This document shows, piece by piece, positions 8,701-18,963 of a DNA stretch of 64,000 bases. The number at the start of each line of letters is the position of its first letter. Position 1 is the first letter of the stretch. The translations under genes and the position numbers were made by a program. The DNA comes from an uncultured Verrucomicrobiae bacterium (GTDB lineage Bacteria; Verrucomicrobiota; Verrucomicrobiia; Limisphaerales; Palsa-1400), in assembly GCA_963813995.1 (NCBI GenBank), contig CAWFAZ010000079.1:23236-87235 (forward strand), written 5' to 3'. Below the pieces are notes generated by a model. The model was not told the origin of the DNA. It did not search any database and saw nothing but the letters and a program-made list of their open reading frames with translations.

Positions 8701-9831
8701 TCACGGAATGCCGACGACGCGGTAGAATCGTTGCGCTGCCGTTATCGTGTCAGTCCAGGAGGTGCTGGTTGTATAGCCCAAAGTCTGCCAGTTCTTGGCC
8801 AGCGGGCCTCTGTAGTCAATCCGAAAATTGACAGCGTTGCTAAGGGTCCAGTTAAGAACCACTGACCCACTTTGCTCCTGGATGTATAAATCGGTCAGAA
8901 AAGGAGGAGACGTGGAGCCACTGTTGGCACTGTTGGTGAAGTAGCTGGCATAGTACATGCGCTGCACCGTGTTGGTATAGGGCAAATCAGTTGGGTAGAG
9001 CACGTTGTTCCCCAGCAAAAGAACCTGTGCTGCCACTCCGATTCCCGGAACCAGCCAGTAATAGTACTGATTCGTGTTTATATCCAGAAGCAGCGGAGGA
9101 TCGCTCACGACGGAGACTGTGTAGCTTTCAATTTCATGGACCCGCAACGCAGGAACTGCGCCAATCTCAGGCAAGACCAGGGTTCCGAAGGCGTCCACGG
9201 AGGCGCTATAACTATAATAGTTGCTGACAGCGATTATCTCGAAATAAATGGATAACCAATCAAGGGAGCCGCTCCACGTTTGGCCAAATTGGACGGTGGA
9301 AGGAATATCAACCGTAGGCGGGACAAATACTGCCCATTCCGTTACAGGCACATCCTCCGGCGCGTCGAGACCGTAACATAGCCGGCCCGAATTGGTGCCG
9401 GAATCTGTAAATCCGTAGTATAGCCACCCGATTTGATTCGTTGGTTCCAGTGTGTCCTGCTCCGCGTAAGTGGCGTCAGGGAACTGCCCGCTATTAGCTC
9501 CGTCTTCCGGCGCAATGATATCGGTGCGGAGAACGGTTTCGTAGGGTTGTTGCGCATTGGAGAAATTCCAGTTTTGCGCGACGTTGGTGCATCCGCCGGG
9601 GGGCGGCGGCCCCCCATTGGTGGCCAGCGCGAGCATGCCTGTAACGTTCACATTGGTGCTGTAGTAGGAGCGGTTATACTCTCCGAATTGGCATGGCAGA
9701 CTGTTTGTGGTGAAGGTAGTCTGGGCTGGGGCAGATACGCTCGCCATGGCACTTAAACAAAGGAACAGTTGGAGTTTTGCTTTTGCCTTACCCGAAACAA
9801 TTGGGTTATCGTAGAACGGTTTCATATCCAC
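8701..9831 (-). CDS. Secreted hypothetical protein
   Basis: 376-aa ORF with an N-terminal hydrophobic signal-like segment (LQLFLCLSAMASVSAPAQT). I recognise no family. Confidence 0.55.
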   Translation of the reverse strand: MDMKPFYDNPIVSGKAKAKLQLFLCLSAMASVSAPAQTTFTTNSLPCQFGEYNRSYYSTNVNVTGMLALATNGGPPPPGGCTNVAQNWNFSNAQQPYETVLRTDIIAPEDGANSGQFPDATYAEQDTLEPTNQIGWLYYGFTDSGTNSGRLCYGLDAPEDVPVTEWAVFVPPTVDIPSTVQFGQTWSGSLDWLSIYFEIIAVSNYYSYSASVDAFGTLVLPEIGAVPALRVHEIESYTVSVVSDPPLLLDINTNQYYYWLVPGIGVAAQVLLLGNNVLYPTDLPYTNTVQRMYYASYFTNSANSGSTSPPFLTDLYIQEQSGSVVLNWTLSNAVNFRIDYRGPLAKNWQTLGYTTSTSWTDTITAAQRFYRVVGIP

Positions 9832-9949
9832 TCATGAATCGACAAGAATCGCTGCGACGTTACGGAAATAACGGGGCTAAATTGTCAGTTTGACAAGCGG
9901 GCGGGGTTCTCGATCGATCTGCGGGTAAAAGAGAGGGACGGGACGGGGC

Positions 9950-10795
9950 TTACCACCACTCCGGGTGGGGCTGATTGTCGCTGTTCCACAGACGCCGACT
10001 TTGATCAGTTGCGGCAATCCAAAAGGATTGTTGGCTGAACTGCACGTGCGCATCACCAAAAAGCATGTTGGCCCCGCCGTCGTGCCCGTTTCCCACCCCG
10101 AGATAGCCCAAGGGTTCGACGATGTATGGGAAGACAATGTATATCTGATTGGGAATGTTAGTTTGGGGCTGAGTGCCAAGGATGGCATCGATGAACGTCG
10201 CACTATCGCCTATCGTGATCATTTGCGCCGGCGTTATGACCCTGTTGGCAGACGTTGGCTCTCGCGAGCCGGTCGCAAGATTTAAGTCGCCGCCAAGGCC
10301 AGGATTGTATGGTGGAGACCCCTTCCAGACCGCGCCAAGAGCATTGTAACCGTAATGGGGTGTAATCGGAGCTCGAGCCAATCGGAAAATATTGATAAAC
10401 TGAGTTGATGGTGTTTGTTGGAGCGGACAGTAAAATCCACTGTCCGGCACGAACTCGCGCAACGCCGGTTCCCAAGCGCCGAAAACCCCATCCGAGGTGG
10501 CCAGAGGGTAACAATTACCGTCTTGGGCGTAGAGGTGCAATGCGATGCCCAATTGATGGAGATTGCTTTTGCACTGAGCAGTGCGGGCTTGGCGTTTGGC
10601 GTTGCCAAGGGCAGGCAAAACCAAGCTGGCGAGACTTGCGATGACCGCGATGACGACCAGCAATTCCAGGAGCGTAAACCCAGCCTCGGCTTCTAACTTC
10701 CTCGGAGCGGCGTCTTTTGACGAAACGGCGCTCGTGGAAGGGCAGACTGTCAAACCCACAAGGCCTGGACAAAGTTCGAAACCGGTTGTATTCAT
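9950..10795 (-). CDS. DUF1559 protein with prepilin-type N-terminal cleavage/methylation domain (H-X9-DG)
   Basis: [54 protein letters not shown] plus a C-terminal [15 protein letters not shown] (H-X9-DG) motif. The start is placed at the internal ATG (10795) of ORF 9950..10882. Confidence 0.8.
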   Translation of the reverse strand: MNTTGFELCPGLVGLTVCPSTSAVSSKDAAPRKLEAEAGFTLLELLVVIAVIASLASLVLPALGNAKRQARTAQCKSNLHQLGIALHLYAQDGNCYPLATSDGVFGAWEPALREFVPDSGFYCPLQQTPSTQFINIFRLARAPITPHYGYNALGAVWKGSPPYNPGLGGDLNLATGSREPTSANRVITPAQMITIGDSATFIDAILGTQPQTNIPNQIYIVFPYIVEPLGYLGVGNGHDGGANMLFGDAHVQFSQQSFWIAATDQSRRLWNSDNQPHPEWW

Positions 10796-10970
10796 CGCCA
10801 AAATTAAACACCGTTTCAGGTCCCAGCTTTTGGAGCACGCTCGCTCAAGATAATTGAGCGCTCCGAAGCACAATTTCGGCAATGATGTCAGCTTTTATTA
10901 AAAAAACAAGAAAAAATGGTTGGAAGACATGGCAGGAATGCTCTTCCAGCTTGCTGTATTTATCACATGG

Positions 10971-13709
10971 TCAGGGATGTTGCACCGATTCGGCCATGGC
11001 CCGTATTTTTCCCGTCAAGATTTTTTTTTGGATTATCGCCCACGAATCGCCCGGACTTCGAGCCAGCATTCGATCAAGGCGGTCACGAGCCGCACCCAGC
11101 GCACCGACCGCAAGCTCCAATTCTATCCGCTTTTGGAGAACAAGAGGGTTGTCCGGTTCCCGCCCTTCCCATTTGGCGATGGACTCCCTGGCAAGCTCAT
11201 AATCCTTAAGCGCAAAAGCAAAATCGTAATAGACGGCCAACTCCTGCGTTGAGCATTCGTCCCTGGCGCAAGCCCGGGCGGCATTTTGCAAACATGCCTG
11301 AGCCGCGGCTTTGGAGCCAGTTTGCCGGGTTTGCGCCAATTCAAATTGCGTCTTCGCGGCCAAATATCTGGCTAATCTGGGTAGGTTGGGAAGCATGGAG
11401 GACGAATCGGCGGCCGTTTGAAATAGATCAGCTTGCAGCGAAATCAAGGACGTTGAATGGCTTCTATCCGCAGCCCGGTAGCGGTCCAGCGACAGCCCCG
11501 CTAGCAGCGGCATCAACGCTTCAGGATGATGTTGCCAGCCGAATCTGATTTTTTGGACTGCTGCTTTCGGATCCGTCATGAAGGGGTTCATTAAATTCCG
11601 GACCCCGGCCAGGCTTTCCAACATTCCTTCTTTCACGCAGGCCAACTGAGGAATACGAATCGGCACGCCAGGGTCGGCTGAGGCCAAAAAATCGCCGGGT
11701 AACTCGAAGGGCGTTGTCTCCATCATGAAGACGTTTAAGTTGGTCTGGACTGAATTCAAAAAAGTGTTGACATTATAATACGCCGCAGCCGCCGCCAATT
11801 TCCGGCAAACCAAGTCCAGGCGATTGAACGTTTCCTGGCTGGCGTCTCCTGAGACACTTTCCAAGCGGGTCTGGGCATCCCTGAGACGGTTTTGCGAGGC
11901 AAGTTCCATAGCTTCAAGAATGACGGGCGATGGATCTTCTGGATAGAGAGTAGTAAAGATGTGGCCCTCCGCCTGTAGTTGCTGGTGTTCGCCAAGGAGA
12001 AACTCAAGACCAAGGACCGCCACGTGCGCTCCATGATGATAGGGATTCAAGACCAGAGCTTGTTGAAAAAGTTTCAATGCATCGCCGCTGGATTGCGCGA
12101 GCAAACCTTTCGCAAATGCCTCATCGTCTCCGGCCAAGCCCGCAGCAATAGCTTGAATTACATGATGGACACCGAGTTCGGACGTCGCCTGATCGAACAT
12201 TTCGTGCTCTCCCATCCTAAGAAGCACACGGCCGCGCTCGCTACCCAAATCGGAGCGGCGCATAAGTTTTGCCAACTCCGCCTGGGAGAGTTTAGATTCA
12301 TCCAAAACCGCCCACGCTTCCGCGCGTGACAATCCAATGTAAACCGAATCCTTGTAGCCGGCCTCCTGTGCTTGGTTCCAGAATTGAAGCGCCTGGCGCC
12401 AGCGGCCGCCGCGCGCCGCCAACTCGGCGCTGCGGACTGCGGTTGTCTGGAAAGCCGCGTCCCGGTCCGCTTTAAACGCGCGCGATAGAAAAAAGGCGAC
12501 TGATGCGATAATGGCGGCCGCGCTGAGCGCTAGAACAAACGAGACATTGCGAAGCGTCCATTTTTGCAGTTTCAGCAATGCTCCCGGCTTTCGGGCCTTG
12601 ACTGGACGCACTTCCAACCACGCGCGCAGTTCTTCCGATAATTCGGACATGGTTTGGTAACGGGCCGTTCTGGCATGTGCCATTGCTTTCTCGCAAACGG
12701 ACGCGAGATCGCGTGATGCTCCAGGGCGCACGCTACGAACGGCAAGGGGCGGGCCATGTTTGATAATTTCCCGCAAGACATCTGCTTTGGGCAGTTTGCC
12801 GGAAGGCCCCAAATATGGCAGGTCGCCTGTCAGCAGCTCATACAACATTACGCCGACGGCATAGACATCTGTTGTTGGGCCCAATTCATCCCGATGGCCT
12901 GCGAGTATCTCTGGCGGAGCAAAGACTATTGTGAGAGGCTGTCCAGCGTTCTGGGTGGCCAGCGGAGATAGGGGGTTTGCCCAAATTTCTTGCACGCGGG
13001 CGGTCTGGATGTTTTCCCGATTTAATAGGCCCCACGACTCCTCAAACTTTGGCCGGTCCTGGGCCATGATGTACGCTGCCCCCCAGTCCACTACTCGCAC
13101 GTCCCCGAAGGACCCGACCAGGATGTTCTGGGGCTTGAGGTCGCGATGAATTACGCCACGGCTGTGGGCGAATGCCAGAATATCGCAGACGCGTTCAAGC
13201 AAATCTACTGTTCGGTGCAACGGCCATTCGTTCCGGGCCGCGTCATTGGCCTTTTGCCAGACGTGCTGCAGCGTCATGCCGGTAAGAAGACTTGTCGTAT
13301 AAAATGGCCTGTCGTCCGGATCCAAACCCACATCAAATATGGGAAGAATGCCCGGGTGCTCAAGCTGGCTGGTGATTTGGGCTTCGGCAAGAAATCGGTA
13401 AAGCGCGGGCTCCGAGTTCAATTCCGCTTTAGCTAAGCGTTTCATCGCCACATGGCGACGCAATTCGTAGTCCCAAGTCTTCCAAACTTCCCCTTGGCCA
13501 CCTTCTCCCACTCGCTCTACAATATCGTACTTCTCGAAGAAATCGCGGCGGGGAAATACTCCCTCGATCCAGACGGTTTCCGCACGCTCGAAATCTTTAT
13601 TTGTCTGCGCCTCTTTGGTGGACAAAGCGGGTTCCAACAAACAGTTCGAGCAGACGACAAAAGGATGTTTATCGTGGATTTCCGCCCCGCATGTATCGCA
13701 AAATTTCAT
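10971..13709 (-). CDS. Ser/Thr protein kinase with N-terminal zinc-ribbon, TM segment and C-terminal TPR-like region
   Basis: MKFCDTCGAEI...CSNC zinc ribbon; kinase motifs VAMKRL, HRDLKPQNILV, DWG and APE; a hydrophobic segment FVLALSAAAIIASVAFFL; and a helical repeat tail. Confidence 0.9.
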   Translation of the reverse strand: MKFCDTCGAEIHDKHPFVVCSNCLLEPALSTKEAQTNKDFERAETVWIEGVFPRRDFFEKYDIVERVGEGGQGEVWKTWDYELRRHVAMKRLAKAELNSEPALYRFLAEAQITSQLEHPGILPIFDVGLDPDDRPFYTTSLLTGMTLQHVWQKANDAARNEWPLHRTVDLLERVCDILAFAHSRGVIHRDLKPQNILVGSFGDVRVVDWGAAYIMAQDRPKFEESWGLLNRENIQTARVQEIWANPLSPLATQNAGQPLTIVFAPPEILAGHRDELGPTTDVYAVGVMLYELLTGDLPYLGPSGKLPKADVLREIIKHGPPLAVRSVRPGASRDLASVCEKAMAHARTARYQTMSELSEELRAWLEVRPVKARKPGALLKLQKWTLRNVSFVLALSAAAIIASVAFFLSRAFKADRDAAFQTTAVRSAELAARGGRWRQALQFWNQAQEAGYKDSVYIGLSRAEAWAVLDESKLSQAELAKLMRRSDLGSERGRVLLRMGEHEMFDQATSELGVHHVIQAIAAGLAGDDEAFAKGLLAQSSGDALKLFQQALVLNPYHHGAHVAVLGLEFLLGEHQQLQAEGHIFTTLYPEDPSPVILEAMELASQNRLRDAQTRLESVSGDASQETFNRLDLVCRKLAAAAAYYNVNTFLNSVQTNLNVFMMETTPFELPGDFLASADPGVPIRIPQLACVKEGMLESLAGVRNLMNPFMTDPKAAVQKIRFGWQHHPEALMPLLAGLSLDRYRAADRSHSTSLISLQADLFQTAADSSSMLPNLPRLARYLAAKTQFELAQTRQTGSKAAAQACLQNAARACARDECSTQELAVYYDFAFALKDYELARESIAKWEGREPDNPLVLQKRIELELAVGALGAARDRLDRMLARSPGDSWAIIQKKILTGKIRAMAESVQHP

Positions 13710-13781
13710 TATGACCCGCCGCCGCGTCGGGCTGTCTTCACCTACTGTTGAATTCGACCGCCGGTGGCGTAACGTTACGAA

Positions 13782-14864
13782 CTAATTTGCCAGGAGATTC
13801 ATCAGATAATTCATCTCGGCCCGTATTTCGGCCTCGTCCGGACCAACCAGTTTGGTCACTTCTTCGCGCAGAGCCTCCGCCAGTCGGTGGCGGAACCGGA
13901 GATAGCCCTGGCGGAAGGCGTTTTCGGATAGACCCAACTCCTCGGCTGCTTGCCTCTGAGTAATTTTCCCCCACAAGTGAGCCTCCATCTGCTTGGAGTG
14001 CTGGAACCGCTTGCTGGCAAGCGCAAATACGCGCCGCGCGAATTCCTCATCCAACCGCCGTCCAAACATCTCTTCACTCCCGTCAGGGATCTCGATGCCG
14101 ATTTCTCCCAGTTCTTCCAGTGACGTTCCAGTTCGTCCGCCGCCGGCATTCTGCGCCAGTTCAGCCTTCGTCATGTCTTTAAGGAACCACCACATCGCGT
14201 GGGCGAGGAAGGTACGGAACTTGCGCTGCTCCTGCCGCTCAACCATGTATAAAAAGCCAATGCCCTTGGTCAATTGCCCCGGAAAGGCATCCGCCAGAAG
14301 GGATCGATTCAACCAAATGACCCAATTCCCTGTCGGTTCCCTCTTTATAAGATTGCGGCTCTCCACCGAAAGTTCCACATCAGCGAAACGCCGCGCCTCG
14401 TAAATGGAGGGGCCCTGAAGAATGGCATTAAAATCCACGGCCAGCTTGGCTCGCAAATCATCCGCCTGCTCTTCATTTGCCGCCTCCTTTCCCAGCAATT
14501 CACGGGTCGAATCGCTAAGAATTCCCCACAAATATTCCGTCAAGGGCCGCTTCCGTTGCCTCAGAGCTTCCGAAAACCTGTCTAGGCGCCGAATATCCTC
14601 AACGGCGTACAACGGGGAGAGAGATCCATGGCGCCGGTTCCACGGAACAATCACGCGGCTCTCAAAAAAAGCCGAGGTCAGGTCATCCGCCCGGGCTCGG
14701 TTGAATCGCTCGAAAAAGGCATGGATGGCCGGTCTGTACTGTTCAAACAGGTCGCCCAGCGCGGCAAGGGATTCATCATCTGCGCCTTTTTGGATGACGT
14801 CAATAATCTCCGTCCATTGGGTAGTCGGATATCTGGAGAGTCTGTTTTCGGGCAATTCGCACAT
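13782..14864 (-). CDS. Extended ECF-type sigma-70 factor (kinase-associated type)
   Basis: The C-terminal ITQRQAAEELGLSENAFRQGYLRFRHRL is a sigma region-4 HTH. The gene is 72 nt upstream of, and co-oriented with, the Ser/Thr kinase, as described for kinase-linked ECF groups. Confidence 0.7.
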   Translation of the reverse strand: MCELPENRLSRYPTTQWTEIIDVIQKGADDESLAALGDLFEQYRPAIHAFFERFNRARADDLTSAFFESRVIVPWNRRHGSLSPLYAVEDIRRLDRFSEALRQRKRPLTEYLWGILSDSTRELLGKEAANEEQADDLRAKLAVDFNAILQGPSIYEARRFADVELSVESRNLIKREPTGNWVIWLNRSLLADAFPGQLTKGIGFLYMVERQEQRKFRTFLAHAMWWFLKDMTKAELAQNAGGGRTGTSLEELGEIGIEIPDGSEEMFGRRLDEEFARRVFALASKRFQHSKQMEAHLWGKITQRQAAEELGLSENAFRQGYLRFRHRLAEALREEVTKLVGPDEAEIRAEMNYLMNLLAN

Positions 14865-15165
14865 CTCAGTACTTGATTCACAGGAGAATGTTCGTAAACA
14901 AAAGCGCCCGCAAGTGGAAATATTAGCGCCGAAACGCTGTTGTCAGTTCCTGGATACCTTGCTGACAACTGGTTGTGACTTTGCAAAATGCGGAAATTTT
15001 CACTGTTTTTTCGGGGCAATATCATTCAACGCAAGTTGCTTGAGAAAATCAAAGCTGCCTTTCAAACTGAAAGGCAATCGTATGGAAAAGGGGCAATTCA
15101 AGTTTTGCTCTTTGTGTGTCTGTGGCTCGCGCCCGTTTCTATTCGCCAGGCAAGGATTTGGTGGG

Positions 15166-15254
15166 GGAATTGGGGGGTTGTGCTGGATTGGGAATTGGTG
15201 TTGAATCAATGGCCAGATGAATACGACGCATCCATTCACAACGACGGCTTTTGA
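15166..15254. repeat. Third copy of the dispersed leader element, upstream of the MMPL gene
   Basis: gaattggggggttgtgctggattgggaattggtgttgaatcaatggccagatgaatacgacgcatccattcacaacgacggcttttga. It includes a copy of the first 12 ybjQ-like codons ([12 protein letters not shown]), followed by a stop 11 codons later. Confidence 0.8.
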
Positions 15255-15284
15255 ATCGGTCGCTCCAGCGCCCGGATCCCCGGC

Positions 15285-18194
15285 ATGACATGGGTGGGTG
15301 ACACTCTTTTTGCGCGGTTGCTGCGCGTCCTGGCCCGGCAGGTGTGCCGGCATCCGCAGTGGTTTGTTTATCCGCAGATTCTCCTGTTTGTCCTGAGCGT
15401 GGTCTATACGGCCACCCATTGGGCGGTGGACATGAATAGAGACAACCTTGTCGGAGGGTCCACCCACAAGGTTTACATGAAATTCCGCCAGGAATTTCCG
15501 GGAGAGGACGAATTGGCCGTGGTGGTGCAAAGCGGCGACATGGAACGCAACCGGCAGTTCGTGGAAAGGCTGGCGGCCAGATTGGAGCGGGAAACCAATT
15601 TGTTCACCGACGTCTTTTACAAGGGGGACTATGCGGCGCTGGGGCGCAAGGCGCTGCTGTTTGCGCCGGAGGACGATTTGAAGGGGTTGCAAAAAGCGCT
15701 CAAGGATTACCGGCCATTCATCCGGGAATTCACGGAAGCGACCAATCTGGATTCGTTTTTCGGGCTGGTCAACAAACAATTTCGGACCGCCAAACAGGAG
15801 GAAAACGCGCAGAACAATGCGCTGATCAGCGCCGTCCCCGCCTTGCAACGCATCGTGGAGCAGGCCACGGACAGCTTGTCCCGGCCGGGAACGCCGGTCT
15901 CGCCAGGCGTCACCGCGCTCTTTGGCAATGGGGAGGAAGCGCAGAGGCGGATGTACATCACCTTTGCCCGCGGCCAGATTTACCTCGTGACCGCCCGGCC
16001 CCGCTCCCCGGAAGTGGTTTCACAGGCGGTCGAACGAATGCGGTTTTTTTATGCTGTTTTAGGTTTGACTAATCGCCCTCCGGATGTGGTTTCGCAGGCG
16101 GTCGAACGGATGCGGGAACTGATGCGGGAAACGGAAATGGAAGTGCCCGGCTTGAATGTCGGCCTGACCGGCGAGCCGGTGCTGGATTACGACGAAATGC
16201 AGCAGGCGACGCGGGATTCGATCCTGGCCAGTGTTGTGACGCTGGTCATCAGCGCGCTTATTTTTATTTATGCCTACAAGCAAACGGGCCGGCCTCTGAA
16301 AGCGGTGGCGTGCCTCATCATCGGTTTGGGCTACACCATGGCTTTTACGTTCCTGGTTGTCGGCCATGTAAATATTTTGACCGTGACGTTCGCGCCGATG
16401 CTGATCGGGCTGGCCATTGATTTTGGCATCCACCTGATCACGCGCTACGAGGAGGAAATGCGCCATGGCCGCACGCCCGTCCAAGCCGTGGACCGGGCCG
16501 TGGTTTTCACCGGGCAGGGCATCATCACGGGCGCGCTGACCACGGCGATGGCGTTTCTGGCCATGGGCTTGACCGACTTCAAGGGCATCCAGGAAATGGG
16601 CATTATTTCAGGGGGCGGTTTGGTGCTTTGCCTCATTCCGATGATGACGCTCCTGCCGGTATTGCTGATGAAGGGCCGGCAAAATGTAATTGACCACGAA
16701 CACGGCATGGAAGTGGAAAAAAGAGCGCGGATCGAAAACTTTTGGCTGCAACGGCCGGTGCTGGTGGTCGTCGTGACCCTGCTCTCCTGCGCGGCCGCGG
16801 CCCTGCAATTTAAAAAGGTCTATTTCGATTACAACCTCCTCCACATGCAAAGCAGGGGACTGCCGGCGGTCGTGTATGAGAAAAAACTCCTGTTTTCCGG
16901 GCAGTCGGTTCTTTCCGCGGCGGTGGTGGCCGATAATTTGCAGGAGGCGCGGGAGATCGAGGAAAAAGTGAAGTCGCTGCCGACGGTGGCCAGCGTGGAT
17001 GGCGACGACAGGGGCGATCCGATCTTTGATTTGCTGACCCGGGACCAGACGGGCAAGCTGCAGTTGGTGAATGCGATCAAAGACGAAGTCAGCGATTTGC
17101 ATTTTGCCAGCGCGGACGAGGATCCCCTCCGTCTCCAGGAACCCGACTCGGCGGACTCTGTTCAAAAGGCGGTTAAACTGGAAGCGGATGAGAATCAAGT
17201 CCGCCTCCATGCCCTCAGCGCCACACTTTACGGCACCATGGGCTACCTGGGCCTGGCCGCCGACTCGGTGGAAAAGGACCGGCCGGAACTGGCCAAACAA
17301 TTGCTCTCCCTGCGGCTGGCCGTCAGCGATTTCCGCGTCAAAATGTTGAGTGGCGGCCTGTTGATTCCGCAACGGCTGGGCAAGTTCCAGCAGGCCTTGT
17401 TTGACGATATGCGCCAAACTTTCGAGACGATCAAAAACCAGGACACGAGCAGTGGCTTGAAGCCGGCGGACTTGCCGCCCGCCTTGCGCAATCAGTTTAT
17501 CGGCCGCACTGGCCAGTACAAGGTGGAGGTCTTTCCGAAATATGACATCTGGCAGCACGACAATCAGAGCAATTTCATTGCGGAATTGCGACAGGCCCTG
17601 GCCCCCAATGGGGACAAAAAAGTCACCGGGACGCCCGTCCAGCTTTACGAATATACGACACTGCTCAAAGACAGTTATCAGCAAGCCGCTCTCTATGCCC
17701 TGGCCGCGATCGCCATCATGGTGTTCCTTCACTTCCGGTCCATAACGTGCGTCATCCTTTCGCTCCTGCCAGTGGCCATCGGCAGCACCTGGACCGCCGG
17801 ATTGATGGGGCTGTTCGGCATTCCGTTTAATCCCGCCAATGTTATGACGTTGCCCCTGGTCATCGGCATCGGCGTCACCAACGGAATCCAAATCCTCAAT
17901 CGTGTGGCTGAGGAACAGCATCCGCGCATTCTGGCCAAAAGCACCGGCAAAGCCGTTTTAGTGTCGGGCCTGACGGCCCTGACCGGGTTCGGCAGCCTGA
18001 CGCTGGCCAAACACCAGGGAATTCAAAGCCTGGGATTTGTCATGGCGATTGGCATCGCCGCCTGCCTCGTCGCGGCCCTGACATTTTTGCCGGCGGCGAT
18101 CAACATCCTGGCGCGATACGGGTGGAGCGTCACAAAAAAAAGACCCAGTAGCGACAATGCAAGGTCGCCACTGGGTCTGGAGGAACCGAGGTAA
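15285..18194 (+). CDS. MMPL/RND-superfamily transporter (HpnN-like)
   Basis: 969 aa with two blocks of TM helices separated by large soluble domains. GLAIDFGIHLITRY and VIGIGVTNGIQILNRV segments are typical of the MMPL family. Confidence 0.85.
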   Translation: MTWVGDTLFARLLRVLARQVCRHPQWFVYPQILLFVLSVVYTATHWAVDMNRDNLVGGSTHKVYMKFRQEFPGEDELAVVVQSGDMERNRQFVERLAARLERETNLFTDVFYKGDYAALGRKALLFAPEDDLKGLQKALKDYRPFIREFTEATNLDSFFGLVNKQFRTAKQEENAQNNALISAVPALQRIVEQATDSLSRPGTPVSPGVTALFGNGEEAQRRMYITFARGQIYLVTARPRSPEVVSQAVERMRFFYAVLGLTNRPPDVVSQAVERMRELMRETEMEVPGLNVGLTGEPVLDYDEMQQATRDSILASVVTLVISALIFIYAYKQTGRPLKAVACLIIGLGYTMAFTFLVVGHVNILTVTFAPMLIGLAIDFGIHLITRYEEEMRHGRTPVQAVDRAVVFTGQGIITGALTTAMAFLAMGLTDFKGIQEMGIISGGGLVLCLIPMMTLLPVLLMKGRQNVIDHEHGMEVEKRARIENFWLQRPVLVVVVTLLSCAAAALQFKKVYFDYNLLHMQSRGLPAVVYEKKLLFSGQSVLSAAVVADNLQEAREIEEKVKSLPTVASVDGDDRGDPIFDLLTRDQTGKLQLVNAIKDEVSDLHFASADEDPLRLQEPDSADSVQKAVKLEADENQVRLHALSATLYGTMGYLGLAADSVEKDRPELAKQLLSLRLAVSDFRVKMLSGGLLIPQRLGKFQQALFDDMRQTFETIKNQDTSSGLKPADLPPALRNQFIGRTGQYKVEVFPKYDIWQHDNQSNFIAELRQALAPNGDKKVTGTPVQLYEYTTLLKDSYQQAALYALAAIAIMVFLHFRSITCVILSLLPVAIGSTWTAGLMGLFGIPFNPANVMTLPLVIGIGVTNGIQILNRVAEEQHPRILAKSTGKAVLVSGLTALTGFGSLTLAKHQGIQSLGFVMAIGIAACLVAALTFLPAAINILARYGWSVTKKRPSSDNARSPLGLEEPR

Positions 18195-18487
18195 AAACCT
18201 CAATTGATAGACAGATGATACGATTTAATCTGGCAAAGTCAACGCAAATCTTGTTAACGTTGCGGTCGGGAATGGCCGGAAGGAGCCTTTTTCGATAACG
18301 TTATCGTTAACGCCCGGTTTTGAGGCTTTTGGGGTGAGAGAGGGGGGTGACAAAATTCTTCGCCGCCCCATTCTTGCGGGAGAGATGTATATGCGGCCCA
18401 ATTGGCTGGCTTGACCGCGCGGTCAAGTTCGGCTGAATCGGGCTTTACCCGACCGCGGGCTTTGTGGTATTACGCAACTTGCGTAAT

Positions 18488-18661
18488 ATGAGAAACCCAT
18501 TCGAGTATGGCGGTGTGGTCAGCGGCGAAGCATTCTGCAACCGTGAGAAGGAGACGAGCGATCTGGTGCGGGCAATGGAGAACGGGGAGAAGCTCTTCGT
18601 GTTCTCGGAGCGGCGCTACGGAAAGACTTCGCTGGTGCGGGCGGCGCTCGGCAATCATTGA
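18488..18661 (+). pseudogene. Truncated N-terminal fragment of an archaeal-type AAA ATPase (PF01637-like)
   Basis: MRNPFEYGGVVSGEAFCNREKETSDLVRAMENGEKLFVFSERRYGKTSLVRAAL then a stop. This covers only the first ~57 residues, including the Walker A, of a family that is normally >350 aa. Confidence 0.6.
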
Positions 18662-18963
18662 AGAAATTGAGACGGAAGACTCCGTAACCACTGTAGAGGC
18701 TGCCCAATGGAAAAAATATGGAGAGTTGGGCGTCGGCAAATTTTTCTTGGTTGTACCAGTAACAAAACTAAAAGACGCGTTAGCATTGGTTCAAACGGAG
18801 CATGTGAAAGTTTCAGAGATTTGGTCGTACGAAAATCGCGGCGGTCGCTATTTTTTCACCAAGAATTTTACACTGTCCTAGAAATGAAAGAAGGGCTGCT
18901 CCATAAAGTTCTTTTTGCCATCAAAAGACTCTCCCACGTCCCAAAGGAACAACTACACGCTTA

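Noticed and set aside
15000-15848. 282-aa minus-strand ORF overlapping the start of the MMPL gene
   Set aside because: It is antisense to a well-supported transporter gene and runs through the dispersed leader repeat. Its translation is featureless.
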